A stretch of DNA of 64,000 nt from Candidatus Omnitrophota bacterium (GCA_016206925.1 JACQQS010000037.1:838-64837); one strand, 5' to 3'; positions 9,931 through 20,307 are shown, numbered from the stretch's first letter. Translations and numbers: made by a program. The notes: generated by a model not told the origin, from the letters alone.

Positions 9931-10882
9931 GCGGGATTTTTTTGGGAAGGCCGCCGGAGCGCTGGCGGCGCTTTATGCCTCACTGAAAATCCCGGGGTTT
10001 GGCGAAGCCGCTGGGGAATTTGAAACGATGCAAAATGGCGCGATACCGAAAAGAGATTTTGGGAAGACAGGCGTTCAGGTCACAATTTTCGGCCTGGGCG
10101 GGGAGGGAATTCTGCGAACTTACGGCCGGAAAAAAGAGGCTGTGCCCGTCATTGAGCGCGCGCTTGACCTCGGCGTGAATTATTTCGATACCGCGCCGGC
10201 TTATTCCGAAAGCCAGGATTATTACGGCGCGGTGTTTAGAAGCCGCCCGGGCGCGCGGGACGGTATTTTTCTGGCTTCAAAAACGCATGACCGGATGCGC
10301 AAAGGTTCTCTCAGGCTTCTTGACGACAGCTTGGAGCGTCTCGGAACGGACCATCTCGATCTCTGGCAGCTTCACGATCTGCGTGAACAGACGGACCTCG
10401 ATGAGATTTTTTCCAAAGATGGCGCCATTCATGCGCTTGAGGAAGCACGCAAAAGCGGCAAGGTTCGGTTTCTCGGGATCACCGGGCACCACGATCCGAA
10501 GATTTTAAAAGCCGCGGCCGAGCGCTACGATTTCGATTCGGTTCTGGCGGCGCTCAATGTCGCCGACCGCACTTCACATTCGTTCATCGAGGAATTTTTA
10601 CCCGTCGCGAAAGCCAAAGGTATGGGCGTGATCGGAATGAAGGTGTACAGCCGCGGAAGAATTCTTGAAAAAAATCTGCTCACGCCTAAGGAAGCCCTAA
10701 ACTATGTTTTGTCGCTTGCCGTTTCCCATATCATCATCGGGTGCGATAACGTGCGGCAAGTTGAGGAAAATGTCTCATTGGCGAAACAGTTTAAAGCGCT
10801 CTCCGAGGAAGAAATGTCGGCTCTGGAAAATAGGGTCACGGATTTGGTTGCGCCTCTCACGTATTACAAAGGCCATTGGTGA
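9923..10882 (+). CDS. Aldo/keto reductase with Tat-type signal
   Basis: MNRRDFFGKAAGALAALYA twin-arginine leader. AKR motifs GVNYFDTAPAY, LGTDHLDLWQLHD, VRFLGITGH. Confidence 0.85.
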   Translation: MNRRDFFGKAAGALAALYASLKIPGFGEAAGEFETMQNGAIPKRDFGKTGVQVTIFGLGGEGILRTYGRKKEAVPVIERALDLGVNYFDTAPAYSESQDYYGAVFRSRPGARDGIFLASKTHDRMRKGSLRLLDDSLERLGTDHLDLWQLHDLREQTDLDEIFSKDGAIHALEEARKSGKVRFLGITGHHDPKILKAAAERYDFDSVLAALNVADRTSHSFIEEFLPVAKAKGMGVIGMKVYSRGRILEKNLLTPKEALNYVLSLAVSHIIIGCDNVRQVEENVSLAKQFKALSEEEMSALENRVTDLVAPLTYYKGHW

Positions 10883-10997
10883 AGCTTCTCTTAATTCAGC
10901 CGCCCTTCAGGATTTCTACGATACCGGTATCCGCCTCCAGCCCATCGGGCTTTGCTATCTGAAAGCCGCCGTTAAGAAGTTCCTGCCGGAATGGTAG
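10880..10997 (+). pseudogene. Remnant of the N-terminus of a B12-binding radical SAM-type gene (frameshifted, truncated)
   Basis: GTG-AAG-CTT... reads VKLLLIQPPF, then a +1 shift reads QDFYDTGIRLQPIGLCYLKAAVKKFLPEW-stop. Together these resemble the MKxLLIxPP...YxxxxxxPLGLxYLAAxL start of B12-binding radical SAM proteins. Nothing follows. Confidence 0.4.
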
Positions 10998-11311
10998 CCA
11001 CGCTATTTTGCATATTTGGGTTATCCCATTTCTCCTTTTGACGACTGGCGGGTAAAACCGACGGATTTTATTGGCAATCCGGTTCTGAACGAAGTTGGTT
11101 AAAGTTGAAAATAATGTTTGAATGCAAAATAGAATTGATTTAATATCATCCTCAGATTGTACATGTTAAAGGGTTACGGACGTAAACATGTTCTGTAGAA
11201 AAGTCGGTAGAAACGATTAGCCCTCCAAATGAACGGCGCCTAGCTAAGCGCACAACATAGGAGGGTATCGCAAATTGCGATAACCTCAAAAGCCTTAAGT
11301 TCTCAGCCCAT

Positions 11312-11641
11312 TTGCCTTATGCGTTTACGGAGCAAGGGGTCGCTATGCTTTCCAGCGTGCTTAATAGCGAACGAGCCGCCGTTCCTTTTGTTCAAAAGTT
11401 GAGCGAAAGCAAACAGCACATCCTGCTAAACAAAAACCGCGGGGAATACGGCGACAACACGGTAGAAAAATTAAGTGAACGGCTTGGCGTAGATCCTAGC
11501 GTTCTCGGGCGGCTTAAACTTTTTGCCGAGAAATACCCAATTTTGGCCATGTGGCCAAAACTCACCTGGAGCCATTTCCGGATTCTGATTCCCGTCGAAG
11601 ACGACAAGACCCGCCTGGAACTCACCGAAATGACAGCTTAA
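11312..11641 (+). pseudogene. Chimeric gene fragment: ORF6N-domain tail fused to a YhcG/DUF1016 N-terminal region
   Basis: PYAFTEQGVAMLSSVLNSERA is the conserved end of ORF6N/KilA-N-type domains. YGDNTVEKLSERLG...LTWSHFRILIPVEDDKTRLE resembles the N-terminal part of DUF1016 (YhcG) PDDEXK proteins. The nuclease part is missing. Confidence 0.5.
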
Positions 11642-11744
11642 GACACCGGCATTTCTAGATCTTCAATGGGCTGAACAAATTGTTGGCAGTGATATAACTG
11701 TATGTAAAAGCACGGCGGCGGCTTAAGCGCGGCGTAGTTTAAAA

Positions 11745-11763
11745 CTTGCACCATTGGTGCAAG
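11745..11763. promoter_or_regulatory. Perfect 8-bp inverted repeat CTTGCACC-ATT-GGTGCAAG (operator candidate)
   Basis: Seen directly, about 90-110 nt upstream of the wHTH gene at 11851/11872. TATACT -10-like hexamer follows at about 11803. Confidence 0.25.
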
Positions 11764-11850
11764 AAATCTACGCTACACCTTGCTTCAGCGCTCATTTTAC
11801 GCTATACTTTCGGCATATGTAATGTTCCGACAAATGTCGAAAGATAGTAT

Positions 11851-12561
11851 ATGTTCAGAGGATGTAATCCGATGGCAACAAGAAGGTTGGTAAAGAACAT
11901 CTTTGGCGACCGCTCTTCGTTAACCCTGCGCGCTTTATTACGGGAGCCCAAAAAGAAGTGGACGCTTGTCGATTTGACCAAGGAAGGAATCTCTATAAGC
12001 CTTGCGAGCGATGTCTTGAGCAAGGCGGAAGCGCGGGGCTATGTCGAGCGGGTTATCAAAGGACCGAATAGTTATACCCGGCTTATACGAAAAGACGCGC
12101 TTCTGAAAGACTGGTTAAGCGCATACGCTTTTGAACAAAATGACCAGACCTACTATCTCACCACGGATAAGAATTTCCTAAAAACATGCGCCCTATATTT
12201 GAAGCAGAAAAAAAAGATATTTGCTTTAACGCAGTACAGCGCTAGCCGTTTAATTTCTCCTTACGTCAAAGACGGACGGCATTTTATTTATTTGGATCTC
12301 GAACGCGGGGAATTTCCCGCCTTTTTAAAAGAGATGGCGACGCAGCTTAATTTATACAAGCTTGTTCAGGGTGGAAACGTTTGTTTCGCCCTTCCGTTTT
12401 ATCGGAGTTCCGTTTTTAGGGACTCCGGAGCGGTAAAAGGTTATCCGGTTGTTTCTCGTTTGCAGCTTTATCTGGATTTGATGACGTTCCCACCGACTGG
12501 AACGGAGGAGGCGGAACATTTAGTTTCCTATTTCAAAAGAAAAGGGCAAGCCTTTGTCTGA
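11851..12561 (+). CDS. wHTH protein, AbiEi-like (putative type IV antitoxin/regulator)
   Basis: N-terminal winged-helix-like segment (LTLRALLREPKKKWTLVDLTKEGISISLASDVLSKAEARGYVER). C-terminal YPVVSRLQLYLDLMTFPPTG resembles the AbiEi C-terminal motif. 8-nt overlap with the next gene. Confidence 0.45.
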   Translation: MFRGCNPMATRRLVKNIFGDRSSLTLRALLREPKKKWTLVDLTKEGISISLASDVLSKAEARGYVERVIKGPNSYTRLIRKDALLKDWLSAYAFEQNDQTYYLTTDKNFLKTCALYLKQKKKIFALTQYSASRLISPYVKDGRHFIYLDLERGEFPAFLKEMATQLNLYKLVQGGNVCFALPFYRSSVFRDSGAVKGYPVVSRLQLYLDLMTFPPTGTEEAEHLVSYFKRKGQAFV

Positions 12562-13348
12562 CTTCGAAACAATGGAAAAAGGGTTTCTGGACACGCTGCT
12601 CGCCATCGCGGATGATCTGGACAAAATTATTATCGTAGGCGGATGGTGCCCGTATCTTTATGCACAATATCATTGGCACAAAGAAATTCCCAATATTCCG
12701 ACAACGACCGACGTTGATTTAGGGGTTTTAGAAACAGGCCCGCGGAGATTTGATCAAACGATTTACGACAGGCTTACCAAGGCGGGCTTGGCTGTTCAGA
12801 GAATCTATGAGGACGAGCCGGAGCCTATCGAATTTATATACAAGAAAAAAGAGTTGGAAATGAAAGTGGAGTTTATTACTTCGTTTGACACTTCCGACGA
12901 TACGCTGAATAGATTTTTAGGACCTCAGCTGGCTTGCAATCGTATTGAAGCATTTGAAATTTTGCTTGAAGAGCCCGCTCAGATAGGCATTCAGCATTTG
13001 GGGAAGACTTTAAGCCTGAATATTCCGAAACCCGAAACTTTTTTGTATCACAAAGGGATTAGTTTCGTTATGCGATCCGGCGAGGCTAAACGTGATAAAG
13101 ATTTATCGTACGTTTATTTTATACTGAAGTTTTTCCCTGATCAGGCAGCCGTTCTCGAGGCTCTTATTCGATACAAAAAGCACGAGCTTTTTAAATCGTT
13201 CCGGCATAATTTGAAACAGTATCTTGGCGATGTAAGCAAGCCCGGTTACGCCATGCTTCGCCCGTTCGTGCGCCGTTGGGTTGAAGAAAAGAAAATCAAT
13301 CAAGAAATCAAAGAAGTATTTGATCCGCTTTTGGCATTCATCCACTAA
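12554..13348 (+). CDS. Nucleotidyltransferase-fold protein (AbiEii/GSU2403-like putative toxin)
   Basis: IIIVGGWCPYLY ... TTTDVDLGV fits the G-x-x-x...D-x-D minimal NTase signature. Translationally coupled to the upstream wHTH gene. Confidence 0.5.
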   Translation: MSDFETMEKGFLDTLLAIADDLDKIIIVGGWCPYLYAQYHWHKEIPNIPTTTDVDLGVLETGPRRFDQTIYDRLTKAGLAVQRIYEDEPEPIEFIYKKKELEMKVEFITSFDTSDDTLNRFLGPQLACNRIEAFEILLEEPAQIGIQHLGKTLSLNIPKPETFLYHKGISFVMRSGEAKRDKDLSYVYFILKFFPDQAAVLEALIRYKKHELFKSFRHNLKQYLGDVSKPGYAMLRPFVRRWVEEKKINQEIKEVFDPLLAFIH

Positions 13349-13404
13349 CTCACTAACACTCTCTTTACCGAATATCCAGGGCTCATTGATTTTAAATAGG
13401 CAAT

Positions 13405-14640
13405 ATGTTAAGCTCCGTGCTTCTTTTGAAGAGTAAAGGAGTTACGGCATTGCCAGCAAAAACAGTTCCCGATAAAAAAGGTTATTTTGGCTCCTACGGC
13501 GGCCGGTTTGTGCCCGAGACGCTCATCTCGGCGCTCGACAGGCTCACCGATGCTTATAAAACGGTCAGGCGCGATTCCAAGTTTAAGCGGGAACTCGCGG
13601 GCTATTTAACCGATTATGCCGGGCGGCCGACGCCTCTTTATTTTGCCGGAAATCTCACGCGGCGTTACGGGCGGGCCCGGATATTTTTAAAGCGCGAAGA
13701 CCTTCTCCACACCGGCGCTCACAAAATCAACAACACGCTCGGTCAGGCGCTTCTAGCACAGTTTCTCGGAAAGAAAAAAGTGATCGCCGAAACCGGTGCC
13801 GGTCAGCACGGCGTTGCTACGGCTACGGCCGCGCGCGTACTCAATCTCGAATGTGATGTCTACATGGGCGATGAGGATATTCGCCGCCAGGCGCTCAATG
13901 TTTACAAAATGCAGATTCTCGGCGCGCGCGTGATTCCCGTTCATTCCGGTTCGAAAACGCTGAAAGACGCCACGAACGAGGCCATCCGCGCGTGGGTAAC
14001 CCATGTCGATACAAGTTATTATCTTCTCGGCTCGACCGTCGGACCGCACCCTTATCCGGTGATGGTGAGGGATTTTCAAAGCGTGATTGGCGTTGAGGCC
14101 CGGAAACAGCACAGAGAAAAAACGGGCAGGGAGCCGGATTATTTGGTGGCCTGTGTCGGCGGCGGCAGTAATTCGATGGGGCTTTTTTACCCTTTCCTGA
14201 AAACGCGCTCGAAAATGTTCGGCGTCGAAGCGGCAGGCTCGGGAATCCATACGCGCCGTCACGCAGCAACAATTACAAAGGGAACGAATGGCGTATTGCA
14301 CGGCATGAAGAGCATTGTTCTCCAGGACCGGGTCGGACAAATTCAGCTCGCGCATTCTATTTCCGCCGGTTTGGATTATCCGTCTGTAGGTCCTGAACAC
14401 GCCTATTTATCAAAAACCGGACGCGTCGAGTATGTGGCGATTACGGACAAAGAAGCTTTGGTGGCATTCAGGCGGCTCACGCTTGAGGAAGGAATCATGC
14501 CGGCGCTTGAGCCTGCGCACGCGCTGGCGTATTTGGAAAAACTCATGCCGCGGACTAAGAAAAACGAAACGGTGATCGTCGGGCTAAGCGGCCGCGGCGA
14601 TAAAGATATTGACACGGTAAGACATGCCCTCAAACTCTAA
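13405..14640 (+). CDS. trpB: Tryptophan synthase beta chain
   Basis: [31 protein letters not shown] (PLP lysine), [21 protein letters not shown] likelier start is TTG 13450, preceded by AAGGAG. Confidence 0.95.
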   Translation: MLSSVLLLKSKGVTALPAKTVPDKKGYFGSYGGRFVPETLISALDRLTDAYKTVRRDSKFKRELAGYLTDYAGRPTPLYFAGNLTRRYGRARIFLKREDLLHTGAHKINNTLGQALLAQFLGKKKVIAETGAGQHGVATATAARVLNLECDVYMGDEDIRRQALNVYKMQILGARVIPVHSGSKTLKDATNEAIRAWVTHVDTSYYLLGSTVGPHPYPVMVRDFQSVIGVEARKQHREKTGREPDYLVACVGGGSNSMGLFYPFLKTRSKMFGVEAAGSGIHTRRHAATITKGTNGVLHGMKSIVLQDRVGQIQLAHSISAGLDYPSVGPEHAYLSKTGRVEYVAITDKEALVAFRRLTLEEGIMPALEPAHALAYLEKLMPRTKKNETVIVGLSGRGDKDIDTVRHALKL

Positions 14641-15532
14641 TCGATTGACGCAGAAAATTAGGCAGGCGCGGCGGGAGGGGCGGAAACTGCTTTGCGCCTA
14701 CATTACGCTCGGATTTCCCAATCTTTCGACGACGGAGAAACTTTTGGCAGGACTTGACCGCGCCGGCGTGGATATTCTGGAGCTCGGATTTCCTTTCTCC
14801 GATCCTCTGGCCGACGGCCCGACGATTCAAGCAGCTTCGGAACGCGCGCTTAAACATTCGATTACGATCGACATTGCGCGAAGCATTGTAGCCAAAGCAC
14901 GCAAGCGCGGCGTTGCAATGCCGATTATCTTTTTTTCCTACGTCAATCCAATACTTCAATACGGCCCGAAACGTTTTGCCAAAGGCATTCGCCGGGACGG
15001 ATTTGACGGCGTGATCATTCCCGATTTGCCGCCGGATGAGGACCCCGCGCTGGTTGACGCTATTCAGCGGGCTGGGCTTTCGTTCGTTAATCTGGTTGCG
15101 CCGACTTCTTCAAACGAACGCATGAAATTTCTCGCGCGGAAATCAAAGGATTTCATTTATTACGTTTCGCGGCGCGGCGTGACGGGCGAGCGGAAACAAT
15201 TTGAGCAGGGAATGGATCGGAATATTCGCCGCCTCCGGAAATTTTCCAGAAATCCCATTCTGATCGGATTCGGCGTTTCAAGTCCCGAACAAGCAAAGTC
15301 AGCTTCGCGGGTCGGCGATGGCGTCGTTGTCGGAAGCGCATTCATAAGTGCCATCCGGCAAGCCAAGGGCGGAACCGCGTCCGTTGTTAAGCTCGCGCAG
15401 AAATTTTCTCGCGCTGTGCACGGAAGGGCGTCATTGCGAGCCCCCGATTGCGTAGGCCGGGCATCTTGCCCGGCAATCCGGGGCGAGACGCCCCGGCTAC
15501 TGGTTGCGCCTGTGGCGAACTCCTCGCAATGA
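14624..15532 (+). CDS. trpA: Tryptophan synthase alpha chain with a MITE-encoded C-terminal tail
   Basis: [41 protein letters not shown] motifs. The last 34 codons and the TGA stop (15530..15532) lie inside MITE copy A2. Confidence 0.9.
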   Translation: MPSNSNRLTQKIRQARREGRKLLCAYITLGFPNLSTTEKLLAGLDRAGVDILELGFPFSDPLADGPTIQAASERALKHSITIDIARSIVAKARKRGVAMPIIFFSYVNPILQYGPKRFAKGIRRDGFDGVIIPDLPPDEDPALVDAIQRAGLSFVNLVAPTSSNERMKFLARKSKDFIYYVSRRGVTGERKQFEQGMDRNIRRLRKFSRNPILIGFGVSSPEQAKSASRVGDGVVVGSAFISAIRQAKGGTASVVKLAQKFSRAVHGRASLRAPDCVGRASCPAIRGETPRLLVAPVANSSQ

Positions 15533-15533
15533 C
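15430..15533. mobile_element. MITE-like palindromic element, subfamily A (copy A2, 104 bp)
   Basis: GTCATTGCGAG at 15430, CTCGCAATGAC at 15523..15533. Twin hairpins GCCGGGCA-TCT-TGCCCGGC and CCGGGGCG-AGA-CGCCCCGG. Confidence 0.8.
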
Positions 15534-15945
15534 ACAGATTCTCGGCATCGATTACGGTACGAAGCGAATTGGGCTGGCGAAAAGTGACGAAGCCGGATGG
15601 CTGGCCCACGGCCTGGGTTTTGTGGCCGGCCCGAAGGACGGCGGGGAAATTCAGGAAATTATCGAACTGATCCGGGCCGAAAATATCGGTACGGTGGTGA
15701 TCGGGCATCCTGTTAATATGGATGGATCCGTCGGCCCGAAGGCGCGCGAAGCGGAGGCGTTCGCCGAATCGCTTCGCCAGGCCGCGCAGGTGGAAGTCAA
15801 GCTCTGGGATGAACGCCTTACCAGCAAAGAAGCGCAGCGGTATTTGATTGCAACGAACATGTCGCGTACCAAACGAAAAAAGAAAGTAGATCAATTGGCT
15901 GCACAGATCATGTTACAGGGGTATCTCGATGCTCAACGAAAATAA
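15529..15945 (+). CDS. ruvX: Holliday junction resolvase-like protein RuvX/YqgF
   Basis: [20 protein letters not shown] is the canonical YqgF N-terminus. The ATG lies in the MITE right terminus and overlaps the trpA stop (ATGA). ORF track start 15448 reads through the MITE. Confidence 0.85.
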   Translation: MTQILGIDYGTKRIGLAKSDEAGWLAHGLGFVAGPKDGGEIQEIIELIRAENIGTVVIGHPVNMDGSVGPKAREAEAFAESLRQAAQVEVKLWDERLTSKEAQRYLIATNMSRTKRKKKVDQLAAQIMLQGYLDAQRK

Positions 15946-17227
15946 AAGAGACGGTGAATTCAATTATCATTTGAGCGAACTGAAAAACGGCTTGCGTGTC
16001 GTGACTTGCCCTGCACCGGGCAGGGATTCCGTTGCGCTAGCCGTTTGGGTGAAGGTTGGAGGCCGGTTTGAATCCAAAAAAATTACCGGCGTTTCCCACT
16101 TTATCGAGCATATTCTCTTTAAGGGAACCAAAAACAGAACCACACGGCAGATCAAGGAAGAAATCGAGGGCGTGGGTGGAATGCTGAACGCATTCACCTC
16201 CGAAGAATGCACCTGCTACATGGCGCGCGTGCTCAATAAAGACTGGGAAAGTGCTTTGGATGTGCTTGCCGACATGATCAATGACGCGATACTTACTTCG
16301 AACGATATCGAGAAAGAGCGGACAGTCATTCTCGAGGAAATCAAAATGTATTTCGATTTGCCGATGCATTTTGTGCACGAAATGCTCATGGATCTCCTGT
16401 GGCCCAACCAGTCGCTCGGCAATTACATTGCGGGAACGCTCGACAGCGTGAACGGACTTGGACCTTCGACGATCCGGGATTTCAAGCGCCAATATTACAA
16501 TCCGCGGAATATTCTGGTGACCGTGTTCGGGGATGTGCATCCCAACACTGTTTTGGAACAAATCGAAGAACACTTCGGCCGTAAACCCGGCGGCCGTGCG
16601 TCTACATTCCGCCCCGCCCGAAGCCGTTTGCGCAATGTGCGGACCTGCTTTGAGGACAAAAAAACCGAGCAAACACATTTTGTAATGGGTGTGCACTGCG
16701 GTTCGCGGAATAATCCTGACCGCTACAAGACCGCGCTTCTGAACGTGATTTTGGGCGGCAACATGAGTTCGCGGCTCTTCGAGCAGGTGCGCGAACAGCG
16801 GGGGCTGGCGTATTCGATCCGCAGTCATATTTCCGCTTACGAAGATACCGGCGCATTTACGATTTCGGCCGGCGTGGATGACCGCAAAACGTTTCAGACC
16901 ATCTGCGTGATTATGCGCGAGCTGGACAAGCTTGCGACAAAACGCGTTCCGGAAGCGGAACTGCGGCGGGCAAAGGATTATTTCTCGGGCCAGCTTATCC
17001 TGGGGCTCGAAGATATCCTGGAGCACATGCTTTGGGTGGGCGAGCGCTATTTGTTTACCCATCAGGTGCCCGACCGGAAAAAAATCGAGCAGGAGATTGA
17101 GGCGGTTAGCGCGGAGGATATCCGCGGCATAGCCCGGAAACTTTTCCGGGACCAGCATTTCGCGGTTTCTTTAATCGGCCCCACCAAGGAAAAAGTTTTG
17201 AGCAAAATAAAGAAGGAAATTAGTTGA
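15929..17227 (+). CDS. M16 family (pitrilysin-like) zinc peptidase
   Basis: Inverted zinc motif HFIEHILFKGT (HxxEH), downstream EEIEGVGGMLNAFTSEE and typical two-domain length. Confidence 0.85.
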   Translation: MLNENKRDGEFNYHLSELKNGLRVVTCPAPGRDSVALAVWVKVGGRFESKKITGVSHFIEHILFKGTKNRTTRQIKEEIEGVGGMLNAFTSEECTCYMARVLNKDWESALDVLADMINDAILTSNDIEKERTVILEEIKMYFDLPMHFVHEMLMDLLWPNQSLGNYIAGTLDSVNGLGPSTIRDFKRQYYNPRNILVTVFGDVHPNTVLEQIEEHFGRKPGGRASTFRPARSRLRNVRTCFEDKKTEQTHFVMGVHCGSRNNPDRYKTALLNVILGGNMSSRLFEQVREQRGLAYSIRSHISAYEDTGAFTISAGVDDRKTFQTICVIMRELDKLATKRVPEAELRRAKDYFSGQLILGLEDILEHMLWVGERYLFTHQVPDRKKIEQEIEAVSAEDIRGIARKLFRDQHFAVSLIGPTKEKVLSKIKKEIS

Positions 17228-17868
17228 AGCACAAAATAATTATTTCACCCAGCATTCTTTCGGCGGATTTTGCCTGCCTGGGGAATGAAATTAAACAAGT
17301 CGAATCGGCGGGCTGTGACTGGATTCACGTGGACGTGATGGACGGGCATTTTGTGCCGAATCTCACCATCGGGCCGAGTGTCATTAAATCGATCCGCAAG
17401 CGGACGAAATTGCTGCTCGACGTTCATCTGATGATCGAAGAACCCGGCGACTGGATTGTGGACTACGTAAAGGCGGGCGCGGATCTCATCACGGTTCACG
17501 TTGAGGCCTGTAATGATGTACGCCAGACCCTGGATCAAATCCGCCAGGGAGGGAAAAAGCCCGGCCTTTCGCTTAGGCCGAAGACTTCGGCGGATGAAAT
17601 TAAACCCTTCCTCAAGTACGTCGATCTTGTGCTTGTGATGACGGTTGAGCCCGGTTTCGGAGGACAAAAATTCATGCCGGAGCCGATCGAGAAAATCCGC
17701 GTTCTGCGCCGGGAAGGGTTTGAGGGCCGCATCTCTGTTGACGGGGGGATTAACGCCGAAACCGCCGAGCTTGCGCTGGATGCCGGCGCGGATGTGCTGG
17801 TGGCGGGCAACGCCATTTTCGGTTCATCCGACCGCAAGGCCGCCGTGCAATCGCTCGTTGCCCGATGA
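17224..17868 (+). CDS. rpe: Ribulose-phosphate 3-epimerase
   Basis: ISPSILSADFACLG, IHVDVMDGHFVPNLTIGP, VMTVEPGFGGQKF, DGGIN motifs. TTG start overlapping the upstream stop. Confidence 0.95.
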   Translation: MKHKIIISPSILSADFACLGNEIKQVESAGCDWIHVDVMDGHFVPNLTIGPSVIKSIRKRTKLLLDVHLMIEEPGDWIVDYVKAGADLITVHVEACNDVRQTLDQIRQGGKKPGLSLRPKTSADEIKPFLKYVDLVLVMTVEPGFGGQKFMPEPIEKIRVLRREGFEGRISVDGGINAETAELALDAGADVLVAGNAIFGSSDRKAAVQSLVAR

Positions 17869-19649
17869 CTTCCCCGGAAAAAATAAGAAATTTCTCCATC
17901 ATTGCCCACATCGATCACGGCAAATCGACATTGGCCGACAGTTTGCTTCTCGCCACCGGCGCCATTTCGCCCCGGGAATTTCACGAGCAAATGCTGGACG
18001 ACATGGATTTGGAGCGCGAGAGGGGCATTACCATCAAGGCGCGCGCGGTCACCATTCCTTACAAAGGGTACGAGCTCAATTTGATCGACACACCTGGTCA
18101 TATCGATTTCACCTACGAAGTTTCCAAGAGCCTCGCGGCCTGCGAAGGCGCATTGCTTTTGGTGGACGCCACTCAAGGAGTGGAGGCGCAGACGATCACA
18201 AATCTGCTTCTGGCCAAGGATAGAAACCTGGCTGTTATTCCCGTATTATCCAAAATGGATTTGCCCAACGCCGATGCGGAAAAGGCGAAACTCGAACTCG
18301 TGGAACTTTTGGACATCGATGACCGGGAAGTATTGGAAACGAGCGCGAAGCTCCAGAAGGGAATCGAGGAAGTTTTGGATGCCGTCATCGAGCGGATTCC
18401 GCCTCCGGCCGGTTCGCAGAACAAACCGCTTCGTGCGCTTGTGTTTGATTCGAAATACGACACGTACAAAGGCGTGGTCACCTACATCCGCGTGGTGGAC
18501 GGGGAAATCAAAAAGGGCGAGAAGATATTTCTCTTTGCTTCACAGAAAGAATTTGAAGTCAACGAGCTCGGATTTTTTGATCCCCATCCTCACGAAGTGT
18601 CCGCGCTGTCAACGGGCGAGGTCGGTTATCTGGCCGCCAATATCAAATCCGTGGAAGATGTGAAGCCCGGCGACACCGTTACGCTGAGCGGACAGCGTGC
18701 CGGGGCGCCGCTTACGGGTTACAAGGATATCCAGCCCATGGTTTTCTGCGGGCTTTATCCGATCAATCCGAAGGACTTCGTGCTTCTCCGCGATGCGCTT
18801 GCGAAATTAAAATTAAACGATTCCTCGCTCAGCTACGAACCCGAAACCTCGGTTTCGCTCGGAATGGGGTTCCGCTGCGGCCTGCTCGGCCTTTTGCATA
18901 TGGATATCATGCGCGAGCGGCTTGAACGTGAATTTAATTTGGAACTTTTGATCACGGCGCCGAATGTCGTTTACCGTATTGTAAAAAAAGGCGGCGAGCG
19001 CGTGATTCTGGATAATCCCGTGAAACTTCCCGATCCTTCACAGATCGAGAAAATCGAGGAGCCGTACATCAACATTCAGCTAATCATCCGCGCGGAGGAT
19101 CTCGGCACCATCATGGCGCTTTGCCAGGACCGGCGGGGAATTTATAAGAGCACGGAATATTTGAGCCCGACGCGGGCAAAGCTTGTGTATGAAATGCCGC
19201 TCGCGGAGGTCGTGATGGATTTTTACGACAAGATCAAGTCGGGTACCAGCGGTTACGGCTCGATGAGTTACGATCTCATCGGTTATTGGCCGTCTCCGCT
19301 TGTAAAGCTTGACATTTTGATCAACGGTGAAGTGGTCGACGCGCTTTCCAGTATTGTTGTCAAGGAGTCGGCCTACCACCGCGGCCGCGCGCTTGTGGAA
19401 AAATTGAAGGAAGTGATTCCGAGGCAGCTTTTTGAAGTGGTCGTTCAGGCGGCGGTTTACGGTAAAATCATTGCGCGCGATTCCATCAAGCCGATGGCCA
19501 AAAACGTAACCGCCAAATGTTACGGCGGCGATATTACGCGAAAAAGAAAATTGTGGGACAAAGTAAAGGAAGGCAAGAAGCGGATGAAACGGTTCGGAAA
19601 AGTGGAGATTCCGCAGGAGGCTTTCATTTCCATTTTAAAAATAGACTAG
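17865..19649 (+). CDS. lepA: Translation elongation factor 4
   Basis: IRNFSIIAHIDHGKSTLADSLL, NLIDTPGHIDF, LepA-specific C-terminal domain (YDLIGYWPSPLVKLDILINGE...CYGGDITRKRKL). Confidence 0.97.
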   Translation: MTSPEKIRNFSIIAHIDHGKSTLADSLLLATGAISPREFHEQMLDDMDLERERGITIKARAVTIPYKGYELNLIDTPGHIDFTYEVSKSLAACEGALLLVDATQGVEAQTITNLLLAKDRNLAVIPVLSKMDLPNADAEKAKLELVELLDIDDREVLETSAKLQKGIEEVLDAVIERIPPPAGSQNKPLRALVFDSKYDTYKGVVTYIRVVDGEIKKGEKIFLFASQKEFEVNELGFFDPHPHEVSALSTGEVGYLAANIKSVEDVKPGDTVTLSGQRAGAPLTGYKDIQPMVFCGLYPINPKDFVLLRDALAKLKLNDSSLSYEPETSVSLGMGFRCGLLGLLHMDIMRERLEREFNLELLITAPNVVYRIVKKGGERVILDNPVKLPDPSQIEKIEEPYINIQLIIRAEDLGTIMALCQDRRGIYKSTEYLSPTRAKLVYEMPLAEVVMDFYDKIKSGTSGYGSMSYDLIGYWPSPLVKLDILINGEVVDALSSIVVKESAYHRGRALVEKLKEVIPRQLFEVVVQAAVYGKIIARDSIKPMAKNVTAKCYGGDITRKRKLWDKVKEGKKRMKRFGKVEIPQEAFISILKID

Positions 19650-19656
19650 GGAAAAC

Positions 19657-20307
19657 ATGAGCGAATCAAAAAAAGAGAAAAGTCAGGAAACGTATAAAAC
19701 TTGGTCTTTGAAATGGTGGTGGCATGAATGGATTCAGCCACTGCTCTGGGCATTTGTCCTGGCGCTGATCATCCGCGCGTTCATCATTCAGGCGTTTAAA
19801 ATTCCCACGGGCTCCATGCGTCACACACTGCTTGAAGGAGACCGGATACTCGTAAACAAATTCGGATACTGCGGGCGGTTTGAAATCCGGATTCCCTTTA
19901 TCGAAAAAACCATTCTTTCGTTTCCGATGATTACTTTCAGAGAACCCGAGCGCGGAGACATTATTGTGTTCCGTTATCCGGTGGACGGGGAAAGGGATTT
20001 TGTGAAGCGTCTGGCCGCTTTTGGGGGTGAGGTCATTTCTATAAAGGATGGACACCTCTTTGTCGATGGTAAAATAGTCACGGAACCGGATATATTTCAA
20101 AAGTTCTATTATTACAACCGGCCTGATTGGGCATATGGCAAGCCGGGACAGCAGATTGTCGTACCGGAAGGACAGTTCTTTGTGCTGGGCGACAACAGTG
20201 CGGAAAGTTCCGATTCCCGGAATTGGGGTTTCGTGCCGAGAGAAAACCTAATTGGGAAAGCCATGTGCATCTACTTCCCCTTCAAGCGTTTGGGTGGGGT
20301 CAGATAG
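19657..20307 (+). CDS. lepB: Signal peptidase I
   Basis: PTGSMRHTLLEGDRILVNK (Ser box), DFVKRLAAFGGE (Lys box), VLGDNSAESSDSRNWGFVP. Confidence 0.9.
   Translation: MSESKKEKSQETYKTWSLKWWWHEWIQPLLWAFVLALIIRAFIIQAFKIPTGSMRHTLLEGDRILVNKFGYCGRFEIRIPFIEKTILSFPMITFREPERGDIIVFRYPVDGERDFVKRLAAFGGEVISIKDGHLFVDGKIVTEPDIFQKFYYYNRPDWAYGKPGQQIVVPEGQFFVLGDNSAESSDSRNWGFVPRENLIGKAMCIYFPFKRLGGVR

Noticed and set aside
10704-10997. 97-aa ORF overlapping the aldo/keto reductase 3' end
   Set aside because: Its first two thirds are an out-of-frame shadow of the AKR gene. Only its last ~30 codons (radical-SAM-like remnant) appear meaningful, and those are reported as a pseudogene.
13753-14400. 215-aa minus-strand ORF (and 13895..14272, 14403..14633)
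   Set aside because: These are antisense shadows of trpB, whose identity is unambiguous.
15160-15894. 244-aa minus-strand ORF
   Set aside because: It is antisense to the trpA 3' end, the MITE and ruvX. It has no motifs, and the plus-strand genes explain the region.
16037-17158. 373-aa minus-strand ORF
   Set aside because: It lies entirely antisense to the well-supported M16 peptidase gene. Its translation is low-complexity (Arg/His/Ala-rich) with no motif. It is a typical shadow ORF of GC-balanced coding sequence.
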